Assembly: GCA_035316025.1 (NCBI GenBank) | Contig: DATFXL010000102.1 | Coordinates: forward strand, 1,195 to 65,194 | Direction: 5' to 3' | From: Acidimicrobiia bacterium | GTDB taxonomy: Bacteria > Actinomycetota > Acidimicrobiia > IMCC26256 > JACDBD01 | DNA: 64,000 bases | Part shown: in pieces, positions 1-8,535 of the stretch | How positions within the stretch are numbered: position 1 is the first letter of the stretch | Layout: each line of letters begins with the position of its first letter | Notes under the pieces: generated by a model | Databases searched by the model: none | The model's input: only the letters and a program-made list of their open reading frames with translations | Told to the model about the DNA's origin: nothing | Position numbers and translations under genes: made by a program

Positions 1-478
1 CATCAACCGGCCCAAGCTGCTGTTGCTGGACGAGCCGACCACAGGGCTCGATCCCCAGGCCCGGCATCTCGTGTGGGGCCGGCTGTACCAGCTGAAGCGG
101 CAGGGCGTGACGCTCGTGCTCACCACGCACTACATGGACGAAGCCGAGCAGCTCTGCGACCGGCTCGTCATCATGGACGACGGGCACATCGCCGCCGAGG
201 GCTCGCCCCGCGAGCTGATCGACCGGTACTCGACACGCGAGGTCGTCGAGCTTCGCTTTCGCACCGACGAGGAACGTGAGGGCGCGCTGCCGCACGTAGC
301 GGCGGTCGGCGAGCGGTACGAGGCCCTCGCGGACCGGATTCTCGTTTACTCGTCCGACGGTGAAGCCGACGCCGACCGATTGACGAACGACGGCGTCCGG
401 CCCGACTCGGTGCTCGTGCGCCGAAGCTCGCTCGAGGACGTCTTCCTGACACTCACCGGCCGGACTCTGGAGGAGTAG
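1..478 (+). CDS. ABC transporter ATP-binding protein (ABC-2/DrrA-NodI type), 5' end outside window
   Basis: Frame is open from nt 2. Walker B LLLDEPTTGLD and H-loop LTTHYMDEAE are present. Two ABC-2 permease genes follow. Confidence 0.9.
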   Translation, partial: INRPKLLLLDEPTTGLDPQARHLVWGRLYQLKRQGVTLVLTTHYMDEAEQLCDRLVIMDDGHIAAEGSPRELIDRYSTREVVELRFRTDEEREGALPHVAAVGERYEALADRILVYSSDGEADADRLTNDGVRPDSVLVRRSSLEDVFLTLTGRTLEE

Positions 479-1251
479 TGGCAACGCCGCTTCCTGTTCG
501 CGTCGTCGAGCACCAGGCCGCGATCTTCCGGCGGTTCTGGCGCGGGTCGGTGATCTTCTACGTCCTCAATCCCGTCATGTTCCTCGCCGCCATCGGGTTC
601 GGGCTCGGCGGCCTGGTCGACGAGAGCTCGGGCCACGTCGCCGGTGTCCCCTATGACGCGTTCGTGGCGCCCGGGCTGATGGCCGCGGGGGCCATGCTCG
701 GCGCGGGCGCGGAGTCGCTGTGGCCGATCATGGCGGGCACGAAATGGGTCCGGACCTTCCACGCGATGGTCGCGACCCCGGTTCGTCCCGCCGACGTCTA
801 CGGAGGGGTCGTGGCGTGGACGGCGGCGCGGGCGTTCGTCGGCGCCGCGATCTTCCTCGTCGTGGCGGCGATCCTCGGCGCCGTGCTCTCGCCCTGGGGT
901 GTCCTAGCGGTGCCGGCGGCCGCGCTGTGCGCGGCGGCATTCGCCGCGCCCCTCACCGCGTTCTCCGCCACCCAGGAGACCGACGCCAAGTTCCCGTTGG
1001 TCATGCGGATCGGGATCCTGCCGCTGTTCCTGTTCTCGGGGACGTTCTTCCCGATCTCCCAGCTCCCGGACGCGCTCCAGCCGTTGTGCGTGCTGTCGCC
1101 GCTGTGGCACGGGGTCGAGTTGTGCCGCGGCGCGATGACCGGCTCGATCGACTTCTGGCCCGCCGTCGCGCATGTGGTCGTGCTCGCCGTCTGCGTGGGG
1201 TTCGGTTGGCGTTGGGGCACACGTGCATTCACGAGGAAGCTGTCGCAGTGA
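478..1251 (+). CDS. ABC-2 type transporter permease
   Basis: 257 aa with about 6 hydrophobic helices. Start overlaps the upstream stop (TAGTG). Sits in an operon with the ATPase. Confidence 0.85.
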   Translation: MATPLPVRVVEHQAAIFRRFWRGSVIFYVLNPVMFLAAIGFGLGGLVDESSGHVAGVPYDAFVAPGLMAAGAMLGAGAESLWPIMAGTKWVRTFHAMVATPVRPADVYGGVVAWTAARAFVGAAIFLVVAAILGAVLSPWGVLAVPAAALCAAAFAAPLTAFSATQETDAKFPLVMRIGILPLFLFSGTFFPISQLPDALQPLCVLSPLWHGVELCRGAMTGSIDFWPAVAHVVVLAVCVGFGWRWGTRAFTRKLSQ

Positions 1252-2009
1252 CTGCGCTCTTCGTCCACGTCATCGAGCGCGACGTTCTCGCCTACCGCCG
1301 CATGTGGCTGATCTTCCTGACGGGTTTCGCCGAGCCTCTCCTCTACCTCCTGTCGATCGGCGTCGGCGTCGGTGCGCTCGTCGGCTCCGTGCACGTCGGC
1401 GGGCAGAACATCGACTACGAGGTGTTCGTGGCGCCCGCTCTCCTGGCGGCGGCGGCGATGAACGGGTCGGTGTTCGACACCACCTTCAACTTCTTCTTCA
1501 AGTTCAAGTACGCCCGTAGCTTCGACGCCATGCTGGCCACGCCACTGGGTACCACCGACGTCGCCCTCGGCGAGCTGGGCTGGGCCCTGATGCGCGGCTC
1601 GATCTACGCCGCCGCCTTCCTCGTGACGATGGCGCTGCTCGGGTTGGTCCCGTCTGCGTGGGGGATCCTCTGCCTCCCGGCCGCCATGCTGATCGGGTTC
1701 GCATTCGCGGGAGCCGGCATGGCGGCGACGACGTGGATGCGGTCGTTCGTCCACTTCGACTACGTGAACCTCGCGATCATCACCTTGTTCCTCTTCTCGG
1801 CCACGTTCTTTCCCGTGTCCCGGTATCCAGCCGGTCTCCAGTGGCTGATCCAGATCACGCCCCTGTACCAGGGCGTCGCGCTGGAGCGGGCGCTGTCGCT
1901 CGGCGACCTCGACTGGACCCTGCTGCTACGGGTCGCCTACCTGCTGACCATGGGCGTCCTGGGCGTGCGGATCGCCGGCCGGCGGCTGCGTCTGCTCCTC
2001 CAGCCCTGA
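1248..2009 (+). CDS. ABC-2 type transporter permease (second subunit)
   Basis: GTG at 1248 overlaps the upstream TGA (GTGA). VTALFVHVIERDVLAYRRMWLIF... is polytopic. The track ORF 720..2009 upstream extension is Arg-rich nonsense. Confidence 0.8.
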   Translation: MTALFVHVIERDVLAYRRMWLIFLTGFAEPLLYLLSIGVGVGALVGSVHVGGQNIDYEVFVAPALLAAAAMNGSVFDTTFNFFFKFKYARSFDAMLATPLGTTDVALGELGWALMRGSIYAAAFLVTMALLGLVPSAWGILCLPAAMLIGFAFAGAGMAATTWMRSFVHFDYVNLAIITLFLFSATFFPVSRYPAGLQWLIQITPLYQGVALERALSLGDLDWTLLLRVAYLLTMGVLGVRIAGRRLRLLLQP

Positions 2010-2102
2010 ACCACCCAGGGCACCCAGGGTTGACCAAACCACCCATTCCCTCCTGATTGGTATGGTTCTCAGGAAATTTTCAGGAGGGGACGAAGGACGA
2101 GA

Positions 2103-4118
2103 GTGGCTTCGTCGAGGCTCTCGACCGCCTCGCCGGATCAGGCGCGCCTGGCCTACATGCCCGCGCTCGACGGCGTCCGGGCCTTGGCCGTGGCCGCCGT
2201 CCTGCTCTACCACGGCGACGTCTCGTGGGCGCCCGGCGGGTACCTCGGGGTCGACGCGTTCTTCGTCCTCAGCGGCTTCCTGATCACGAGCCTGCTGCTC
2301 GCCGAATGGCGGAACGAGGGCCGGATCGCGTTGGGCGCCTTCTGGGCCCGCCGGGCCCGCCGACTGCTCCCGGCTCTGTTCCTCGTCCTCGCCGGCGTCG
2401 CGGTGTACGGCGCCGTCATCGCGGCGCCGGTCGAGCTCGAGCAGCTACGCCGCGACGGCCTGAGCGCACTCGCGTACGTCGCCAACTGGGGCCAGATCTT
2501 CTCGCACCAGTCGTACTTCCAGTCGTTCGCGGCACCGTCACCGCTGCGACACACCTGGTCGCTCGCGATCGAGGAGCAGTTCTACCTGGTGTGGCCGCTG
2601 CTCGTCGTGGGCGTACTCCGGTGGCGGCGAGGCTCGGTTCGCTCGCTCACCGTGCTCACCGGCGCGCTGCTCGCGGCGTCGGCGACCTGGATGGTTGCGC
2701 TCTACCAGCCGGGTGCCGACCCGACGCGCGTCTATTACGGCACGGATACGCGAGCCCAGTCGCTGTTGATGGGCGCGCTGTTGGCGACCGTGCTGGCGCG
2801 CATGCGCCGGCCGATGGGCGCGGCCGCGACGCGCGTCCTGCACGGCGGCGCGTTCGCGTCGGCTCTCGCGCTGGGCTGGATCTGGACCCACACGTCGGAG
2901 GAAGCCGGCTGGCTCTACCGCGGCGGTTTCACGCTGTGCGCCCTGCTCGTCGCGATCGTGATCGCGAGCGTGACCCGTCCGACGCCGGGTCGGCTCGGCA
3001 CAGCGCTCTCGTCCCGCGCCGTCCGTTGGGTCGGGACGGTGTCGTATGGCCTGTACCTGTGGCACTGGCCGCTGTACGTGCTGATCAGCAAGGAGCGGAC
3101 GGGTCTCGATGGCGCGCCGCTCCTCCTCGCGCGACTCATGGCCACGTTCGCGGTCGCGGCCTTGTCCTTCTATCTCGTCGAACGGCCGATCCGACGAGGC
3201 AGCCTGCGACGGTGGCGCGCCCGCGTCACCGCGCCGGCCACGGCCGGCTTGCTCGCCACCGCGCTGGTGTTCACGACCGGTGGCGCGGTCGCGCGGCTGT
3301 CGGGGGTCGCCGCCGCCGACCTGGGTCCCGCGCCCACCGCGCCGGCGACGCCGGCGGGCAGGACGGGACCGGTGCGCGTGATGATCGTGGGCGATTCGGT
3401 CGCCAACAGCATGGCCCCGGGCTTCGAGCGCGCCGCCGCCGGGCAGGGCCTCACGGTGTGGAACGCCGCCGTCGACGGCTGCGGGATCACGCAGGACGTC
3501 GGCGAGCAGCGCGTCTGGGACTGGCAGCAACCTCGTCCGGAGTGCTCTCCCGGATGGCGCCAGCGCTGGCCGTTGCAGATCGGTCAGTTCAATCCCGACG
3601 TCGTGGTGATGCTGCTCGGCACGGACGACGCCTTCGACCGGCGCATCGACGGCCGGGAGATCGACTACGACTCGCCCGCCGGCGACAACCTCACCCGCAG
3701 CGAGCTCGAGCAGGCCGTCACCATCCTCTCGAGCGGCGGGGCGCGCGTCGTGGTCCTCACCACGCCGTACAACGTCATCGGCTGGCCCCGCCGCGTCCGG
3801 GTCGACCGGTCCGCGTACAACCCGAGCTGGGTGGATCGGTGGAACACCAATCTGCGCGCGGTCGCCACCGGCCACCCGAACACCGTGACCATCGCCGATC
3901 TCAACCACTTCCTGGGGCCCGACGGCAGGTGGGACGACGTCGCGAACGGGGTCAAGCTCCACACCTCCGACAAGATGCACTTGTCCCCGGAGGGCGCCGA
4001 CCTCGTGGCGGGCTGGCTGGCGCCGGAGCTCGTCCGCCTGGCCCGAGCGCCCGCCCCGACCGCCAACGCCTCGGTCGGCGGCGCGCCGGAGGGATCGGTC
4101 CTACGCGCGCGTCGCTGA
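2103..4118 (+). CDS. Acyltransferase family 3 membrane protein with C-terminal SGNH/GDSL hydrolase domain (OafA-like)
   Basis: N-terminus YMPALDGVRALAVAAVLLYH is typical of acyltransferase_3. Multiple TM helices, then VMIVGDSVANS (GDS motif) and a soluble C-terminal domain. Confidence 0.85.
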   Translation: MASSRLSTASPDQARLAYMPALDGVRALAVAAVLLYHGDVSWAPGGYLGVDAFFVLSGFLITSLLLAEWRNEGRIALGAFWARRARRLLPALFLVLAGVAVYGAVIAAPVELEQLRRDGLSALAYVANWGQIFSHQSYFQSFAAPSPLRHTWSLAIEEQFYLVWPLLVVGVLRWRRGSVRSLTVLTGALLAASATWMVALYQPGADPTRVYYGTDTRAQSLLMGALLATVLARMRRPMGAAATRVLHGGAFASALALGWIWTHTSEEAGWLYRGGFTLCALLVAIVIASVTRPTPGRLGTALSSRAVRWVGTVSYGLYLWHWPLYVLISKERTGLDGAPLLLARLMATFAVAALSFYLVERPIRRGSLRRWRARVTAPATAGLLATALVFTTGGAVARLSGVAAADLGPAPTAPATPAGRTGPVRVMIVGDSVANSMAPGFERAAAGQGLTVWNAAVDGCGITQDVGEQRVWDWQQPRPECSPGWRQRWPLQIGQFNPDVVVMLLGTDDAFDRRIDGREIDYDSPAGDNLTRSELEQAVTILSSGGARVVVLTTPYNVIGWPRRVRVDRSAYNPSWVDRWNTNLRAVATGHPNTVTIADLNHFLGPDGRWDDVANGVKLHTSDKMHLSPEGADLVAGWLAPELVRLARAPAPTANASVGGAPEGSVLRARR

Positions 4119-5354
4119 CGCCAGCACCCGCTGCGGCGCCGCCCGACGGCGTCGGAGCGTCGCGATCGCGGCGGTGGTGACGGCCAGCGTGGCCACGCCG
4201 CCGACCCAGAGCCCGGCACGCGGCCCGAGCAGCTGCGACACCCAACCGATGATCGGGCCCCCGATGGGCGTGCTGCCGAGGAACGCGACCGTGAACAACG
4301 CGGCGACGCGTCCCCTCATCTCCGGGGCGGCCTCGGACTGGAGGACGCCGTTCGCCATGGCCGTGAACGCGACGCCGGCGGCGCCGACCGGGACGAGGAC
4401 GATCAGCTCCGCGCCGAGCGTCGGCGCGAACGCGGCCGTCAGGAGAGCGATGCCGAAGACGAGTGCGGCGCCGAGGACGAACCGAAGCGTCGCCCGAGCC
4501 TCGTGCGCGCTGACGAGGGCGCCGACAACCGAGCCGACGCTCATGAACGCGTACAACAGGCCGAACGTCTCGGCCGACCCGCCGAAGGTCTGCTTGGCGA
4601 GCAGCGGCAGGACGACCTGGAAGTTGAACGCGAGCGTGCCGATCACGGCAGTGAGGAGGAGCGGAATGCGCAGCGCCGGTGTCGACCACGCGTAGCGGAG
4701 TCCCTCGCGGAGCTGGCCCTTGCGCCTCGGGACGGGCTCGACGGCGAAGAACTCGTCGGTGCGCATCACGACGAAAGCCAGGACGGCCGCGCCGTACGAC
4801 ACGCCGTTGGCCAGGAAGCACCACGAGACCCCGACGCCGGCGATGACGAGACCGGCGATGGCGGGACCGATGACACGGGCGGCCATGAACATGGCGCTGC
4901 TCAGGCTGACCGCGTTGCTGACGTGCTCCGCGCCCACCATCTCGACGACGAAGGCGCGCCGCGCCGGATTGTCGAGCGCGTTCACCGCGCCCAGGCCGAG
5001 CGCCAGGACGTAGATCATCCAGAGCTGGACGACGCCGAGCGCCGTGATCGCGCCCAGCACCAGCGCGAGGCTGGCGGCGGCGGCCTGCGTGCCCACCAGC
5101 AGGCGGCGCTTGTCGACGCGGTCGGCGACGACGCCGCCCCAGGCGCCGGCGAGGAGCACGGGCGTGAACTGCAGCGCGACGGTCACTCCGAGCGCGACAC
5201 CACTTCCAGTGAGCTGCAGGACGAGCCACGCCTGGGCGATCGACTGCATCCAGGTTCCGGTGGTCGAGATCAGTTGCCCGGTGAAGTACAGGCGGTAGTT
5301 CCGGACGCTCATCGATCGGAAGGTCGTGCGCGTGACGCGCCACAGCCGGGTCAC
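4101..5354 (-). CDS. MFS transporter
   Basis: 417 aa, about 12 TM helices. N-terminus RNYRLYFTGQLISTTGTWMQ is typical of the MFS_3/enterobactin-exporter-like group. 4-nt overlap with the upstream MarR gene. Confidence 0.85.
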   Translation of the reverse strand: MTRLWRVTRTTFRSMSVRNYRLYFTGQLISTTGTWMQSIAQAWLVLQLTGSGVALGVTVALQFTPVLLAGAWGGVVADRVDKRRLLVGTQAAAASLALVLGAITALGVVQLWMIYVLALGLGAVNALDNPARRAFVVEMVGAEHVSNAVSLSSAMFMAARVIGPAIAGLVIAGVGVSWCFLANGVSYGAAVLAFVVMRTDEFFAVEPVPRRKGQLREGLRYAWSTPALRIPLLLTAVIGTLAFNFQVVLPLLAKQTFGGSAETFGLLYAFMSVGSVVGALVSAHEARATLRFVLGAALVFGIALLTAAFAPTLGAELIVLVPVGAAGVAFTAMANGVLQSEAAPEMRGRVAALFTVAFLGSTPIGGPIIGWVSQLLGPRAGLWVGGVATLAVTTAAIATLRRRRAAPQRVLASATRA

Positions 5355-5815
5355 GGCCGTTCCTCCTGGAGGACGCGCTCGAGGATCTCCGCCGCCTGCT
5401 CGAGCTTCTGGCGCTCGCCGGCGCTGAGCGCCGCGAGCCGCCGCTCGAGGTAGGCGGTCTTGCGCGAGCGGCTCTCGGCGAGCAGCCGGCGGCCGGGCGC
5501 GGTGATCTCGACGTGGGCGACCCGCCGGTCGCGGGGGTCGGTGCGCCGCCGGACGAGCCCGTGCTCCTCGAGGCGACCGACGGCGGCGGTGATCGTGGGG
5601 GGCCGCACACGCTCGATGGCGGCGAGGGCACCGAGGGTCAGCGGGCCGTCGCGCTCGATCGTCGCCAGCGCAGCCAACTGCGTCGGCGAGGCAGCCGACT
5701 CACCCTGCTGGCGGAGCCGCCGCGCGAGCCGGGTCACGACCATGCGCAGCCGGCTGGGCAGCGCGGGGGCGGAGGATCGGGGTGCGGGAGCCGTACGGTT
5801 CATCTTGTCGGACAA
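5351..5815 (-). CDS. MarR family transcriptional regulator
   Basis: 154 aa winged-helix pattern (SPTQLAALATIERDGPLTLGALAAIERVRPPTITAAVGRLEEHGLVRR..DPRDRR). Confidence 0.9.
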   Translation of the reverse strand: MSDKMNRTAPAPRSSAPALPSRLRMVVTRLARRLRQQGESAASPTQLAALATIERDGPLTLGALAAIERVRPPTITAAVGRLEEHGLVRRRTDPRDRRVAHVEITAPGRRLLAESRSRKTAYLERRLAALSAGERQKLEQAAEILERVLQEERP

Positions 5816-5956
5816 CTATTTAGTCTAGCGAAGTATTCCCGGAACCATCTCTCGCCTTTCGGGGTATGGCTTGACGGAGGGTGACGGGTGACACAAACTG
5901 CCCGGAGCTACTTGCACGCAGTGTGAATTCTTCAGGGCGGGATCGGGGGTGGCGCG

Positions 5957-7249
5957 ATGACCACGAACGACCGAACCGTCGGTCGCTACCTGCGCTGGGT
6001 GCTCGCCGCCTTGTCGCTCGGGGCCGGGGTGATCCACTTCTCCGTCAGCGGGGAGCACTACAGCCTCTCGTGGATGCACGGGGCATTCTTCGCTGCCACC
6101 GCCTGGCTGCAGGTTGCTTGGGCAATCGGGGTCATCCTCCGACCCACGCGGCGCCTGCTCGTCGCCGGCGTCGTTCTCAATGCCGGCATCGCCCTGGTGT
6201 GGGCGGTCTCACGGGTGTGGGGCGTACCGATCGGGCCCGATGCCTGGACGCCGGAGGCGGCCACCTTCATCGACCAGCTCTCGACCGGCTTCGAGCTCGG
6301 AATCGTCGGGCTGTCGCTCGCCGTTCTCGTGCGGCCGGCGCTTGCGACCCAGAAGATGCGCCCATCCGTTGCGGCCCCGAGCTTCGGTCTCGCCGTCATC
6401 GCCGTCGCCGTGTTCTCGTCGCTGGCCGTGGCGCCGGCGTTCGCAGCCGGGGACGGAGGGGGCCACAGCCACGGCGGGAGCGCGGAGGCCGCGGGCCACA
6501 GCCACGGAGCCGCCGCCGACAGCGGAGCCGCGCACGCTGGGCACGGCGCAATCGTGAGCAACGCGCCCGTGGGCGACACGCCGTGCGAGCAGTCGGGCCC
6601 GCCCGCCTCCGAGGGTCAGATCTCGAGCGCCGGCGGTCACGGCCACCGCGGTCCGATCAAGTGGAACCCGATCCCCGATCGCGCCACCCGTGATCAGCTC
6701 GGACAGCAGCTCGACGTCGCGCACCAGGTCACCCTGCAGTTCCCGACCGTCACCGACGCCGAAGCGGCGGGCTACACCAAGGTCACCGAATACGTGCCCT
6801 GCATCGGTGCGCACTACATCAAGGCGAGCAACATGCTCGGTGGGTTCGACCCGGCCAAGCCGTCGATGCTGTTGTACGACGGCACGAACCCGGACTCGAA
6901 GATCGTCGGGCTCAGCTACTCCGTCCTCGGTGACCCCAACAAGCCGCCCGAAGGCTTCGCGGGGCCGAACGACCCGTGGCACAAGCACGACAAGAACGGC
7001 GGCTTGTGCATGAAGGGTGGCGTCGTGATCGGCGCCGAGAGCACGACCGACGCGGAGTGCTCGGCGCGTGGCGGCAGGAAGGTCGCGCTGCGCAACCTGT
7101 GGATGATGCACGCGTGGACCGCCGACGCGTGGCAGAGCTCATGGGGCATCTTCAGCGCCGAGAACCCGGACCTCGGCGGCAAGATCGGCGACATCAACGG
7201 CACGCCCGATGCCGCGTCGCGTAAGCAGCTCGGCAACACCGAGACGTAG
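5957..7249 (+). CDS. Hypothetical membrane-anchored protein with His-rich linker
   Basis: 430 aa. 4-5 N-terminal TM helices, then GDGGGHSHGGSAEAAGHSHGAAADSGAAHAGHG, then a Cys-containing soluble domain I cannot assign. Confidence 0.65.
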   Translation: MTTNDRTVGRYLRWVLAALSLGAGVIHFSVSGEHYSLSWMHGAFFAATAWLQVAWAIGVILRPTRRLLVAGVVLNAGIALVWAVSRVWGVPIGPDAWTPEAATFIDQLSTGFELGIVGLSLAVLVRPALATQKMRPSVAAPSFGLAVIAVAVFSSLAVAPAFAAGDGGGHSHGGSAEAAGHSHGAAADSGAAHAGHGAIVSNAPVGDTPCEQSGPPASEGQISSAGGHGHRGPIKWNPIPDRATRDQLGQQLDVAHQVTLQFPTVTDAEAAGYTKVTEYVPCIGAHYIKASNMLGGFDPAKPSMLLYDGTNPDSKIVGLSYSVLGDPNKPPEGFAGPNDPWHKHDKNGGLCMKGGVVIGAESTTDAECSARGGRKVALRNLWMMHAWTADAWQSSWGIFSAENPDLGGKIGDINGTPDAASRKQLGNTET

Positions 7250-7271
7250 ATCCGAGCCCGCGACCAGACAA

Positions 7272-7979
7272 CTAGGACAGTGGCGACCACGCGGTCGTGC
7301 GCAGGAGCTTGCTCTCCCAGTCGTCGCGCACCTCGAGGGCGTCGTTCATCCACGTGCCCGGAGCCCGGTGCTCGGGCGGGACCTCGGTCGTCACCAGCGG
7401 CGTGATGCCCTTCACCTGCGTGACCTTCTGCCAGAGGACGACCTCGCGCCAGCGTCCCGATCCCCACGCGGGGCGGAATACGGCCTGGAGCTCCAACAAC
7501 GACCGTCCGGTGCGGCCGCTCTCGGCCAGGCTCGGCGCGTAGTTGGTGCGGGCCGCCTCGAGGTACTGGTCGAGCCTGCCCTCGTAGGGCCAGGCGGTGT
7601 CCTCCATGAACAGCGTGAGCGGGTGGTGTCCGCTCGTCGGCACCTCGGCCAGGTCGACCTCCTGCAGGGGCGACCACGGCACGGGCACGAGCATCTTGGC
7701 GGCCACCCGGTGGCGCAGCTGGTCGACGTCGTGCGCCCACGGCTGGAGGTCGCCGTCGTGCAACCGCAGCATCAGGTCCTCCCATGCGCGGCCGTCGCGG
7801 ACGGCGGTGAGGGTGACCACGTTGTAGGCGCGGCCGGTGCCGTGCGAGTGGTGAAGGAAATAGAGGAGACGGGCATCGTCGCCCTTGGCGAGCGACGGCA
7901 TCCAACCGTCGCGGTACGCGGCCTCGAACTCCTCTTCCCGGCGGCCCGCGACCTGATGGACTTCGTGCAGGAACAGCAT
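7272..7979 (-). CDS. Hypothetical protein (possibly tandem dimeric alpha/beta-barrel, NIPSNAP-like)
   Basis: 235 aa non-repetitive ORF, 19 nt downstream of the selenoprotein gene, with GGGGGCGAGGA before the ATG. The fold guess is weak. Confidence 0.55.
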   Translation of the reverse strand: MLFLHEVHQVAGRREEEFEAAYRDGWMPSLAKGDDARLLYFLHHSHGTGRAYNVVTLTAVRDGRAWEDLMLRLHDGDLQPWAHDVDQLRHRVAAKMLVPVPWSPLQEVDLAEVPTSGHHPLTLFMEDTAWPYEGRLDQYLEAARTNYAPSLAESGRTGRSLLELQAVFRPAWGSGRWREVVLWQKVTQVKGITPLVTTEVPPEHRAPGTWMNDALEVRDDWESKLLRTTAWSPLS

Positions 7980-7998
7980 GGATCCTCGCCCCCCGGCG

Positions 7999-8535
7999 TC
8001 AGCTGGTGGAAAGGAGCCTACGCAGGATCTCCTCCAGCGCGCCGTCCGCCAGTGCCCGCATCTCGTCGTTGGTGCGGTCCTGGATCGGATGGGCCACGAA
8101 CACCCGGGCCGGGTCGGCGCCGAGCGCGGCGGCCTGCGCCGACGCGGCGTCGACGAACTCTGTCGAGGCGATCATCACTCCCGGCAGGCCGCTGCTCTCC
8201 AGGTTGACGATGTCGTGCACACTGCACGACGTGCACGAACCTCAATCAGCGAGCGCTTCGATCACCAGGTCGCACTGGGTGCCGATCTCGTGACGCAGGT
8301 CGACGGGCGCCGGCTTCGAAAAGGTCGGCTTCGAGAACCGCCGCACCGCGACACCGCGGTCGGCGAGCCGCGTCTCGAGCCGGTCGAGAAAGACGTCGCC
8401 GCGCGGCTTGGAGATGTCGAGCAGTCCGACGGTGCGGCCCTCGAGCGATGCCGGACGCGGCGAACGCTCGCGTGTCGGGGCAGACAGCTCGCCGGTGGGG
8501 TCGAGCAGGACACGACCGTCCGACGAAGCGCTCAT
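7999..8535 (-). CDS. UGSC-motif selenoprotein (in-frame UGA at 8242..8244 read as Sec)
   Basis: Track ORFs 8242..8586 and 7999..8220 share one frame, separated only by TGA plus 21 stop-free nt. Read-through gives ...EALAD-U-GSCTSCS-VHDIVNLESSGLPGVMIAST.... ATG 8535 overlaps the upstream stop (ATGA) and follows GGGAGGTGAGG. Confidence 0.7.
8212..8230 (-). other. Candidate bacterial SECIS hairpin
   Basis: mRNA 5'-GUCGUGC AGUGU GCACGAC-3': 7-bp perfect stem and 5-nt loop containing GU. It starts exactly 11 nt after the UGA. Confidence 0.5.

Noticed and set aside
2057-4180. 707-aa plus-strand ORF overlapping the acyltransferase gene in another frame
   Set aside because: Composition is dominated by Arg/Pro/Ala/Gly runs. 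The 2103..4118 frame has clear acyltransferase_3 and SGNH motifs.
3952-5631. 559-aa minus-strand ORF spanning the MFS and MarR genes
   Set aside because: It is off-frame relative to two recognisable genes and has Arg/Pro-rich composition.
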